Shown in pieces: positions 21,130 to 29,658 of a stretch of 46,991 nucleotides of DNA (position 1 is its first letter; each line of letters starts with the position of its first letter). Both the position numbers and the translations under genes were made by a program. The DNA comes from an uncultured Gammaproteobacteria bacterium (GTDB lineage: Bacteria; Pseudomonadota; Gammaproteobacteria; CAZYCO01), in NCBI GenBank assembly GCA_964645885.1, contig CAZYCO010000008.1:7171-54161 (forward strand). Direction: 5' to 3'. The notes below the pieces were generated by a model. It did not search any database. It saw nothing but the letters and a program-made list of their open reading frames with translations, and was not told where the DNA came from.

Positions 21130-21133
21130 TTAA

Positions 21134-21190
21134 ATGAACCCTCACCCGCCCGCACTTCGTTTGGGCGACCTCTCCCGCAAGCGGGAGAGG
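21134..21190 (+). repeat. Family-2 intergenic palindromic repeat, copy 2 (between convergent dps and comF; likely bidirectional terminator)
   Basis: ATGAACCCTCACCCGCCC..CGCCCgcacttcgtttGGGCG..CCTCTCCCGCaaGCGGGAGAGG, with a perfect 10-bp second stem. It starts 5 nt after the dps stop. Confidence 0.65.
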
Positions 21191-21203
21191 TGGACGGTGG
21201 TTT

Positions 21204-21953
21204 CTATTTCAACACTGTTCTCGCACACACCCATACTGCAATAAATTCCACACCATTTTCTTTTAAAGTTTTACAAAATTCTTTAATGGTACTTCCAGTT
21301 GTCACTACATCATCAATCACTAAAACTTTTTTTGCAGAAAATTTTTTATCAACAACAAATGCTTTTTTAATATTTGAAGAACGTTGCTCAAATGTTAATT
21401 GAGATTGCGCATTGGTATTTTTAATTCGCTTGCATTGATGTAATAGCAATGGAATGTTTAATTGTTTACTGATAGGTCTTGCAATTTCCACTGCTTGATT
21501 AAAACCTCTTTTTTTTATGCGTGAGCGATGCAGTGGTACAGGAATAATAAAATCAAAGTGATGTTTCATATCTTCTGCAAAATAATTTGTCATTAATAAG
21601 CCAAATATGCGTGCATAAATTAAATTTTCATGAAATTTTGTTTGAGTAATCCAATCATCGATAGGATGTTCATATAGAAATAATGATTTGATTTCATCAA
21701 AAGGAGTTTGTTCGTTTAAACATGCACCACAAATTAAATTTTTAACAGAAGATGGTGGAAGAGGTTCGGCGCAGCGATAACAGCTAAAACGTAAAAACGG
21801 CAAGGTTTTCTCACATGAAACACAAAGATTAATTTTTCTATTACTTAACTCTTTGCAAATAACGCAAGTTGAGGGAAAGACGAAATTGAACACAGATAAA
21901 TACTTTGTATTGTCAGTGCTGACAGTTTTATAAATTTGTTTGATTAATTGCAT
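21204..21953 (-). CDS. comF: ComF family phosphoribosyltransferase-like protein
   Basis: N-terminal Cys clusters (CVICKE..CVSC, CYRC..CGAC) and PRTase motif VLVIDDVVTTGSTI. Confidence 0.85.
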   Translation of the reverse strand: MQLIKQIYKTVSTDNTKYLSVFNFVFPSTCVICKELSNRKINLCVSCEKTLPFLRFSCYRCAEPLPPSSVKNLICGACLNEQTPFDEIKSLFLYEHPIDDWITQTKFHENLIYARIFGLLMTNYFAEDMKHHFDFIIPVPLHRSRIKKRGFNQAVEIARPISKQLNIPLLLHQCKRIKNTNAQSQLTFEQRSSNIKKAFVVDKKFSAKKVLVIDDVVTTGSTIKEFCKTLKENGVEFIAVWVCARTVLK

Positions 21954-23230
21954 CTCTTGTAATTACCGCTAATTCTTCAATTGTTTCAACACTTGTATTT
22001 AAAGGTGGTAACCAATAAATCGTGTTTCCTAATGGTCGAAGAAGCGCGCCTAATTTCATGGCTTGTTGAAATACTAAAAATCCACCACGCGATTTTTCAG
22101 TAATAAGATCACATGCGACATGCATACCAATATGCCGAATGTTTTTAATTTTTCCGGTTTGATCTGAAACCCACTGCATCTTCGCCAACAGTATAGAAGA
22201 ATTTTTTTCAACATCTTGTAAAATCTGTTCTTCTCGAACAATTGCTAATGTCTCTAATGCAACAGCAGCACATAATGGGTTGCCACTGTGTGTATGCGAA
22301 TGCAAAAAATTTTTTTGCTTTTCATAATCATCATAAAAAAGCTCAAATATAGTTTGAGAAGTTAGTGTTGCACTCATTGGCAAAAAACCAGCAGTTAAGC
22401 CTTTTCCTAAACATAAAAAATCCGGTGTGATGTCAGCATGTTCACACGCTAACATTTTTCCAGTACGACCAAATCCAGTCATAATTTCATCTGCAATTAA
22501 ATGAATGTCGTGTTGTTTAGTCCAAGTGCGTAATCGTTTTAAAAAATCTTGGCTATATACTTGCATGCCACCTGCGCCTTGCAAAATAGGTTCAATTACA
22601 ATTGCAGTTAATTTTTCTTTATAAGGTTCAAGTTGTTTTTCAACTTTTTGCCAATGTAATTCTGCGTTGTGCCATAGTGCATCTTGTTTGGATGAAACAT
22701 AGGGAACAGGTTGTATAAATACAGGCTGAATCAAAATTGCTTCGTATGATTTTCGATAAAGTCCTAAATCGCTTATACCTAAACTTAATCCAGTTTCACC
22801 GTGATAACTATTTTCTAATGATGCAAATAACTGTTTTTGATGTTGTTCTTGAATTCTTCTGCTGTGCAGACTTAATTTCATTGCCATTTCGACTGCACAA
22901 GAACCATCACTGGCATACATAATTTTATTTAAAGGCGGCATTAAAGTCGCAAGTTGTTCGGATAATTGAATAATTGTTTCGTTAGTCGTATTTGCAAATA
23001 TGTCCCAATCTTTCCACCTGCCTAATGAGTGCTGCTTTTAAGCGCGGATGATCATGTCCTAATGATTTGCACCACCAACTTGAACCAGCATCAATAATCT
23101 TTTTACCGTCTAAAGCTTCTAAATAACTACCATACGCACGATTTATAACGACGGGTGGAAACGTTTCACAATCTTTCATCTGAATACAAGGGTGCCAGTT
23201 GTGTTTTAAATCGCGTGTGAGTAAGTCCAT
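21928..23230 (-). pseudogene. bioA: Adenosylmethionine-8-amino-7-oxononanoate aminotransferase, interrupted by a frameshift near 22996-23001
   Basis: The N-terminal 82-aa ORF (..GSSWWCKSLGHDHPRLKAALIRQVERLGHI) and the 337-aa ORF are consecutive parts of BioA. The +1 frame reads ..DIFANTTNETIIQLSEQLATLMPPLNKIMYASDGS, continuing the alignment (E. coli ..[37 protein letters not shown]). The shift lies at ggacatATTTgcaaat on the gene strand. Confidence 0.8.
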
Positions 23231-23327
23231 GCATTTGTTCCTTTACGTTAACTCTAAAAATAATTTTTGGTTGACAATAAAAGGTTCTTTAGAAAAACTC
23301 CACCAGATTCATCGCAAGGGGAACGAT

Positions 23328-24293
23328 ATGACTTGGCAATTTGAGCAAGTAAAAGAACTATTTGAGCAGCCGTTTTTAGATTTGGTTTATCAAGCGCATG
23401 TTATTCACCTTCAAAACTTTAAACCAAATGAAATCCAACTCTCTTCGCTCCTAAATGTAAAAACTGGTTTATGCCCAGAGAATTGCGGATATTGCAGTCA
23501 AAGTGCGCATCACAAGACAAATTTAGTTACAGAAAAAATGAAGCCATTAGACGAAGTGAAACGTGAAGCCCAAATAGCTAAAGATCTAGGTGCTACTCGT
23601 TTTTGTATTGCTGCTGCATGGCGTTCGCCTCCTAAGAAAGGCTTGGATGACATTATTGCTATGGTGAAAACAGTAAAAAATTTAGGCATGGAATCATGTG
23701 TCACACTTGGTATGTTAACCGATGACCAAGCTCGGCAATTAAAAGAAGCTGGAGTGGATTATTACAATCACAACCTTGATAGCTCGCCTGAATATTACGA
23801 AACAGTGGTTACCACTCGTACTTATCAAGATAGATTAGATACCTTAGAAAGAGTTCGAAACGCCGGTATGAATGTTTGTTGTGGCGGCATTATTGGCATG
23901 GGTGAATCTCATGATGATCGAATTGAATTACTAAGACAGCTGGCCAACCTTCCAGAATATCCGTTAAGTGTGCCGATTAATTTATTGTCGCGAATTAAAG
24001 GCACACCTTTAGGCGAATCATCACCACTCGATGTATTTGAATTGATTCGAACCATTGCTACAGCTCGTATCTTAATGCCAAAAGCAAAAGTACGTTTATC
24101 TGCAGGGCGCATTGAAATGAGTCAAGAAGCACAAGCATGGTGTTTTTTTGCCGGTGCAAATTCTATTTTTTTACGAGAAAAACTGTTAACTACACCTAAT
24201 CCAAGTGAAGAGAAAGACGAAGAATTATTTCAAAAATTAGGATTAGTTGCAGAAGAAAACCCATGTTGCGACAACGAATTAGTCACAAGTTAA
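23328..24293 (+). CDS. bioB: Biotin synthase
   Basis: Radical-SAM CPENCGYCSQS motif. The corrected start (ATG 23328, RBS AAGGGGA) gives 321 aa. The track ORF from 23199 overlaps bioA. Confidence 0.95.
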   Translation: MTWQFEQVKELFEQPFLDLVYQAHVIHLQNFKPNEIQLSSLLNVKTGLCPENCGYCSQSAHHKTNLVTEKMKPLDEVKREAQIAKDLGATRFCIAAAWRSPPKKGLDDIIAMVKTVKNLGMESCVTLGMLTDDQARQLKEAGVDYYNHNLDSSPEYYETVVTTRTYQDRLDTLERVRNAGMNVCCGGIIGMGESHDDRIELLRQLANLPEYPLSVPINLLSRIKGTPLGESSPLDVFELIRTIATARILMPKAKVRLSAGRIEMSQEAQAWCFFAGANSIFLREKLLTTPNPSEEKDEELFQKLGLVAEENPCCDNELVTS

Positions 24294-25426
24294 TTAAAAA
24301 ACAACAACAATTTTTAATGCGTGAACGTTTATCTGTGGAATTATTAGAAAATAATAATTGCATCGTAAATGGGAAAGCCTGCATTCAATTTTGTAATAAT
24401 GATTATTTAGGTTTATCTAAACATCCTGATATCAAAAAAGCTGTTATTTCTGCAGTAAATACCTTTGGTGTTGGTGCGACTGCTTCACCATTGATAGTTG
24501 GTTTTTCCAAACAACATCAACAATTAGAAGAGGAAATAGCTGAATTTGTAGGACAAAAACGCGCTTTAATTTTTTCTTCAGGATATGCAGCAAATTTAGC
24601 GTTAATCTCTACACTTACATCTAAAGACGATTTTATTTTTGCTGATAAATTAAATCATGCTTCTTTAATTGATGCTTGTCGGTTTAGTCATGCTGCTTCT
24701 AAACGTTATAAACATAGCGACATGGCACAATTAGAAGTTTTTTTAGAGCAAAATAAAGCAGCTCATCAATTTATTGTTAGCGATAGTGTTTTTAGTATGC
24801 AAGGTGATATTGCAGCTATTGATAAACTCAGTATGTTGGCTAAAAACTATAATGCATCTTTGATTTTGGATGATTCGCATGGCATTGGCGTGCTTGGAAA
24901 AAATGGTAATGGCGTTGCAGAATCATTTTTTTCTGAAGCCAAAAAGCCTATTTTAACCGCAGGATTTGGTAAGGCGTTTGGTTGTAGTGGTGGCTTTATT
25001 GCAGGAGATACAGATGAAATTGAAACCATTATTCAACAGGGTAGACATTATATTTACTCTACTGCTATCTCGCCTATTATCATTTCAGCGTTGAAAGCAA
25101 GTTTAAAAATAATACAAAAAGAAATATGGCGACGACAAAAGTTGAATATGCTAATACAATTTTTTAAAGAACAGGCTAGAGCATTAAATTTACCTGTAAC
25201 ACCATCAGTTACAGCAATACAACCTTTAATATTAGGTGATGCTAAACGGGTAATTGAGTTAGAACAATTTTTATTGCAAAAAGGAATTTTGGTGCGAGCG
25301 ATACGCCCACCATCGGTGCCAGCTAATCAATCTTTATTGAGAATAGTATTAACAGTGACACATACACCAACACAAATAGAACAATTATTGGATGCATTAC
25401 AACTATGGTTTAAACAACATGACTAA
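24263..25426 (+). CDS. bioF: 8-amino-7-oxononanoate synthase
   Basis: NDYLGLSKHP, DDSHGIGVLG, and the PLP-Lys region GFGKAFGCSGG. 387 aa. Confidence 0.9.
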   Translation: MLRQRISHKLIKKQQQFLMRERLSVELLENNNCIVNGKACIQFCNNDYLGLSKHPDIKKAVISAVNTFGVGATASPLIVGFSKQHQQLEEEIAEFVGQKRALIFSSGYAANLALISTLTSKDDFIFADKLNHASLIDACRFSHAASKRYKHSDMAQLEVFLEQNKAAHQFIVSDSVFSMQGDIAAIDKLSMLAKNYNASLILDDSHGIGVLGKNGNGVAESFFSEAKKPILTAGFGKAFGCSGGFIAGDTDEIETIIQQGRHYIYSTAISPIIISALKASLKIIQKEIWRRQKLNMLIQFFKEQARALNLPVTPSVTAIQPLILGDAKRVIELEQFLLQKGILVRAIRPPSVPANQSLLRIVLTVTHTPTQIEQLLDALQLWFKQHD

Positions 25427-26198
25427 ACTTTATTATCAAACATTAGGTAATGGTCCAGACATGGTGTTGTTACATGGTTGGGGATTACATTCTTATATTT
25501 GGCATTTACTTGTTACCGAGTTACAACAACATTTCCGTTTGCATTTAATTGATTTACCTGGATGCGGTAAGAGCAAAGAGTTTGAATCCTATCCAACAAC
25601 AATTAACGAACTAGCTGATTGTATTGTTGAAAAAACACCTAAAAATGCAGTGTGGGTAGGTTGGTCATTAGGCGGATTATTAGCTTCTTATGTTGCAATA
25701 TATTTTCCGGAACGAGTGAAACAATTAATTACAATTACTGCTACACCTAAATTTATAGCAGATGAGCAAGAGCAATGGCCTGGGCTAGCAAGTCAATCTA
25801 TACAACAATTTGCTAATGATTTAACTCATCACTATGAACAAACTTTAGTCCGATTTCTTTCTTTGCAATGGCATGGTATTCCTAATGCAAAAGTGTGGTT
25901 AAAAAAATTAGAACCTTTTTTTCTAGCAGAAAAACCTGATCTTGAAGCACTACAACATCAATTAAAAATTTTACAAACAACTGATTTACGACTTGATTGG
26001 AAAAAGATTCAATGTCCTGCTTTACATATCTTAGGACGATTAGATGCTATTGTGCCAATGCGTCTTCATGAAAAATTAAAGCAGCTTGTGCCACATCATG
26101 AAATTCATGTGATGTCTAAGGCAGCGCATTTACCGTTTTTAACGCATCAAGACGAATTTTTAACCATATTTTATTCATTTTTAAAAACAAATTTATGA
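25419..26198 (+). CDS. bioH: Pimeloyl-ACP methyl ester carboxylesterase
   Basis: Alpha/beta hydrolase with VLLHGWG and the nucleophile elbow GWSLGG. The start overlaps the bioF stop (ATGACTAA). Confidence 0.85.
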   Translation: MTKLYYQTLGNGPDMVLLHGWGLHSYIWHLLVTELQQHFRLHLIDLPGCGKSKEFESYPTTINELADCIVEKTPKNAVWVGWSLGGLLASYVAIYFPERVKQLITITATPKFIADEQEQWPGLASQSIQQFANDLTHHYEQTLVRFLSLQWHGIPNAKVWLKKLEPFFLAEKPDLEALQHQLKILQTTDLRLDWKKIQCPALHILGRLDAIVPMRLHEKLKQLVPHHEIHVMSKAAHLPFLTHQDEFLTIFYSFLKTNL

Positions 26199-27052
26199 CT
26201 AATTTAGATCTCAAATGTATCAAACAACATTTTAATAGAGCAGCAGATATTTATGATCAATTTGCAGTCATGCAATGCGAAATAGGGCAACGCTTATTTG
26301 AAAGGCTCGATTTTTTTAAAATTAATCCTAAAGTGATTTTAGATTTAGGTTCTGGAACCGGTTATTTTTCAGCACTTTTACAACAAAAATATCCTGATGC
26401 CTTAATTGTATCGCTAGATTTATCAGAAAATATGCTGAAATTTTCTAAAAAAAATAACAAAGCAAATATACAAGTTTGTGCAAATGCTTTAACCATTCCT
26501 CTAGCAGCACAGTCTGTTGATTTAGTCTTTTCAAACTTAGTTTTACATTGGTGTGAACCACTGACAGAAATTTTTAATGAACTAAAACGAATTTTAACTA
26601 AAGAAGGTTTGTTACTCTTTAGTATGGCTGGCCCTGATACATTCAAAGAATTAAATCAAAGTTTTAAAGTGATCGATAACGCTAAACACGTGCATGATTT
26701 CATTGATATGCATGATATTGGTGACATGCTATTGCATGCGCATTTTGTAGATCCGGTGATGGATATGGAAATGCTAACTTTGCATTATTCAACATTTCAA
26801 AAGTTAGTTACCGAACTACACGCTTTAGGTATTAGTAATTGTCATCAACAACGTAAACGCGGATTGATGACACCACGCCAATTTCAACGTGTACAGAAAC
26901 AATATGAATCATTGCGTGATCAAGATGAAACATTGCCACTGAGTTATGAAATAGTTTATGGCCATGCTTGGGCACCACAAATGTCTAATGAGCAAATAGA
27001 AAAAGAAGAGGGGATAGTACGTATTCCGTTGACTATTAAAACAAGGAAATAA
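26195..27052 (+). CDS. bioC: Malonyl-ACP O-methyltransferase
   Basis: SAM motif ILDLGSGTGYF. ATGA overlap with bioH. Position within the bio operon. Confidence 0.85.
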   Translation: MTNLDLKCIKQHFNRAADIYDQFAVMQCEIGQRLFERLDFFKINPKVILDLGSGTGYFSALLQQKYPDALIVSLDLSENMLKFSKKNNKANIQVCANALTIPLAAQSVDLVFSNLVLHWCEPLTEIFNELKRILTKEGLLLFSMAGPDTFKELNQSFKVIDNAKHVHDFIDMHDIGDMLLHAHFVDPVMDMEMLTLHYSTFQKLVTELHALGISNCHQQRKRGLMTPRQFQRVQKQYESLRDQDETLPLSYEIVYGHAWAPQMSNEQIEKEEGIVRIPLTIKTRK

Positions 27053-27056
27053 AACT

Positions 27057-27662
27057 ATGAAAATTATTTTTGTAACGGGTACCGATACAGAAATTGGTAA
27101 AACTACAGCAACAGTCATGCTGCAAAAACAATTTTTAAATCAAGGCTTAAAAACACTTGCACTAAAACCTATTTCAACCGGCATCCCTAATGAAGATGTT
27201 TTATTACTTAATCAACTGAATCCGCAATCAGTTTCTCAAGACATTATTAATCCTTTTCGTTTTTCATTACCTGTGTCTCCAAATTTCGCTGCTGAAAAAG
27301 AACAAAAAACATTAACCGTAGAAAAATTAATTCAATATTCTAAACAAATTGAGCAACTGGATTACGACAAAATTTTGGTTGAAGGAATAGGTGGTTGGCG
27401 AGTGCCGATTAACAATACAGAAACAACAGAAGATTGGCTGTGTGCTATGAAATGGCCTGTTATTTTAGTAGTTGGTATGCGCTTAGGTTGTTTGAATCAT
27501 AGTTTACTGACTTATCAAGCAATAAAACAAAGTGGTTGCGAAGTAGTGGGTTGGATTGCAAATCAAATTGATAAAAATATGTTGTTATTTGATGACAATA
27601 TCAAAGCATTACAGCAATTTATTTCAGAACCTTTGTTGAACATCATTCCATGGCAAAGATAA
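27057..27662 (+). CDS. bioD: Dethiobiotin synthetase
   Basis: MKIIFVTGTDTEIGKT P-loop and EGIGGW. Confidence 0.9.
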   Translation: MKIIFVTGTDTEIGKTTATVMLQKQFLNQGLKTLALKPISTGIPNEDVLLLNQLNPQSVSQDIINPFRFSLPVSPNFAAEKEQKTLTVEKLIQYSKQIEQLDYDKILVEGIGGWRVPINNTETTEDWLCAMKWPVILVVGMRLGCLNHSLLTYQAIKQSGCEVVGWIANQIDKNMLLFDDNIKALQQFISEPLLNIIPWQR

Positions 27663-27663
27663 T

Positions 27664-27921
27664 TTAATCTCTTACTTCTTTCATAAAATCATTAATCATT
27701 TTTTGTAAACGAATAACATCGGTTTCAATATTTTCAATTACTTGTAACAACAAATTAATATTATCTTGTGAGATGGCGTGTTGTGGTTGTTTGCCATTCA
27801 GTAAATTTTCATAGTTTTGCAAAATTAATGGCAAATAATTTTTGATACCACTTGCACCAAGTTGAATTGATGCAAGTGGTGTACGGATATCATGAACAAA
27901 TTTTTCAATCATCTCATTCAT
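27664..27921 (-). CDS. Stand-alone histidine-kinase DHp (HisKA) domain mini-protein, 85 aa, no ATPase domain
   Basis: H-box EKFVHDIRTPLASIQLGA followed by a second amphipathic helix (NLLLQVIENIETDVIRLQKMINDFMKEV). The ATG lies 2 nt after the ispA stop. The stop is 1 nt from the bioD stop, so there is no room for a CA domain. Confidence 0.6.
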   Translation of the reverse strand: MNEMIEKFVHDIRTPLASIQLGASGIKNYLPLILQNYENLLNGKQPQHAISQDNINLLLQVIENIETDVIRLQKMINDFMKEVRD

Positions 27922-27923
27922 GT

Positions 27924-28760
27924 TTACGCTCTCAAATAATCACAAAGTTGTTCTAAGTAGATTTTATTTTTTCCGAATGGTGCCAGCATAGTTTTACATT
28001 CAATAAATAATGAATTTACTAATTGATTTGCTTTTTCAACGGACACAACTTGTAACATCGAAGAATTTTCATTGGTTTGCTGTTGATCAAGTACATCGTC
28101 TCTAATTTGAAATGCTAATCCAAATTGATTGCCAAATTGTTTTAACAATTTTAACTCTTCGGTACTGATATTTTCGTGTGCATAGGCACCAAGTTCTAAA
28201 CTTGCACAGAAAAGTTCCGATGTTTTCAATTGTTGAATATGTGAAATTTGTTCTTCTGTTTTTTTATTGGTATCTAAATCGAGCATTTGGCCTGCGATCA
28301 TGCCTTGATAACCTGCAGCTCGACTAAGTGATTGGATCATATTTAAACATTGTTTAGGCTGAAGTTTGTTGCGACTGGTATCGCCTAAAATTTCAAATGC
28401 CAATGTTAATAAAGCGTCTCCAGTTAAAACTGCAGTGCTTTCTGAAAATTTTTTATGGCAACTCAATTTACCACGACGATAATCATCGTTATCCATTGCA
28501 GGTAAGTCGTCATGAATTAATGAGTAAGTATGAATAAGTTCAATTGCAACAGCGGGTATATTTAATTTTTCTATAGGTACATTAAATAATAAACCCGATG
28601 CATAAACTAAAACTGGTCGTAAACGTTTACCGCCATCTAATAACATATAAGACATTGCATCTTTAATTTCGATTGCCGGTGTTTCAAGAGAATTTAAAAA
28701 TTGAGTTAAGTAATTTTCAAAATGTTGTTGCGCTGATATTAAAAAGTTTTCTGATTCCAT
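27924..28760 (-). CDS. ispA: Farnesyl diphosphate synthase
   Basis: FARM LIHDDLPAMDNDDYRRG and SARM FQIRDDVLD. The corrected start MESENF (ATG rc 28758-28760, 7 nt after the xseB stop) places GGKRLRP at the same offset as in E. coli IspA. Confidence 0.92.
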   Translation of the reverse strand: MESENFLISAQQHFENYLTQFLNSLETPAIEIKDAMSYMLLDGGKRLRPVLVYASGLLFNVPIEKLNIPAVAIELIHTYSLIHDDLPAMDNDDYRRGKLSCHKKFSESTAVLTGDALLTLAFEILGDTSRNKLQPKQCLNMIQSLSRAAGYQGMIAGQMLDLDTNKKTEEQISHIQQLKTSELFCASLELGAYAHENISTEELKLLKQFGNQFGLAFQIRDDVLDQQQTNENSSMLQVVSVEKANQLVNSLFIECKTMLAPFGKNKIYLEQLCDYLRA

Positions 28761-28767
28761 GTGTAAA

Positions 28768-29031
28768 TTATTCACTATCATCACTTTGTTCCAATATTTT
28801 GCTATCAAAAGTTTCAAGATTCATGGTTGAGTTTTTGGTTCTTAAAATTTGAATCCGTTGCTCAGCTGCTTGTAACGCTTTTTGGCATTGTTGGGTTAAT
28901 TGAATACCGCGTTCATAGTGCGACAGGGATTGTTCAAGACTTAAATCACCATGCTCCATTTGTTCCACAATTGTGCTTAATTCATTTAGCACTTGCTCGA
29001 AATCAACCGTCGTATTGGTCTTTTTGGTCAC
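28768..29031 (-). CDS. xseB: Exodeoxyribonuclease VII small subunit
   Basis: GTG start 7 nt after GGAGG. FEQVLNELSTIVEQMEHGDLSLEQSLSHYERGIQLTQQCQ is typical of XseB. Confidence 0.9.
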   Translation of the reverse strand: MTKKTNTTVDFEQVLNELSTIVEQMEHGDLSLEQSLSHYERGIQLTQQCQKALQAAEQRIQILRTKNSTMNLETFDSKILEQSDDSE

Positions 29032-29155
29032 TTCAGAACCTCCGTACCTAAAATGGTGGTAGGACGTTATCTGACTGCTTTGGAGCGGTCAATTGATACC
29101 TAGTCCTCAAATTACTTGCAACAGAATGCCTTTATCTTTACATTATTCAAATTAA

Positions 29156-29182
29156 TTTAAATTACATTGGATGTAATTTAAA
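29156..29182 (+). promoter_or_regulatory. Perfect 12-bp inverted repeat with TGG spacer in the leader or promoter of the 142-aa ORF (DNA operator and/or CsrA-type GGA hairpin)
   Basis: TTTAAATTACAT-TGG-ATGTAATTTAAA. As RNA, the core UACAUUGGAUGU is close to the CsrA high-affinity consensus RUACARGGAUGU. It lies 48-74 nt upstream of the ATG at 29230. Confidence 0.5.
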
Positions 29183-29229
29183 ACATTTTAGTAAAAATAC
29201 CCTAATTTTCTATTGCAGGGAGCAAAAAA

Positions 29230-29658
29230 ATGGCTGCTTTAAATACCTCAGATCTTCATATTTTTAAAATTGTTGAAATTAAAAACCCTACCAAGGATAA
29301 ATATTGGGTGGTCATAAAAATTTTAGGTTTGGACGAATTAATAGAAGAAAAACCAATTAATTTAATTGAAGATGATGTTGTCATCCAAGGGTTTTCGCCG
29401 CTAGATGTTAGAACACTTACTCTTTTAGCTTGCGCAGAATGGCATTTCCCCAATCAAACTATAGTTGCTTATGATTTTAGTGAGCCGGATAACGAAACTG
29501 TTTTTCATATTAAAGAACGACACAAATCATATGTTGTCAAAAAGAAATTAAGTGAACTTCATGCCGATCGGCAAACACTTTCGGAATTTGATCCAATTGA
29601 TGCTTACCGAATCGGATATTTTCATGGACTGAATCGTATTACTTTTAATAAAAAATAA
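29230..29658 (+). CDS. Orphan 142-aa protein, no recognised family
   Basis: ORF with a strong RBS (AGGGAG 7 nt upstream). Its stop codon directly abuts the stop of the convergent repressor gene (0-nt gap). Confidence 0.6.
   Translation: MAALNTSDLHIFKIVEIKNPTKDKYWVVIKILGLDELIEEKPINLIEDDVVIQGFSPLDVRTLTLLACAEWHFPNQTIVAYDFSEPDNETVFHIKERHKSYVVKKKLSELHADRQTLSEFDPIDAYRIGYFHGLNRITFNKK

Noticed and set aside
23246-23276. Possible BirA operator (bioO) in the bioA<>bioB divergent region: cGTTAACt-N15-GGTTGACA, with the right arm overlapping a TTGACA -35.
   Set aside because: It is only a degenerate match to the TGT(A/T)AACC-N14-16-GGTT(T/A)ACA pattern, with two mismatches in the left arm and one in the right. 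I cannot tell whether this organism's BirA carries the HTH domain. It is worth testing, but the evidence is too weak to annotate.
29032-29155. Possible structured leader or sRNA upstream of xseB, or in the xseB/142-aa-gene spacer (AGGAC...GTCCT pairing, a few GGA motifs).
   Set aside because: The only pairing is a 5-bp stem with a loop of about 38 nt. There is no terminator and no recognisable RsmY/RsmZ-like array of GGA loops.
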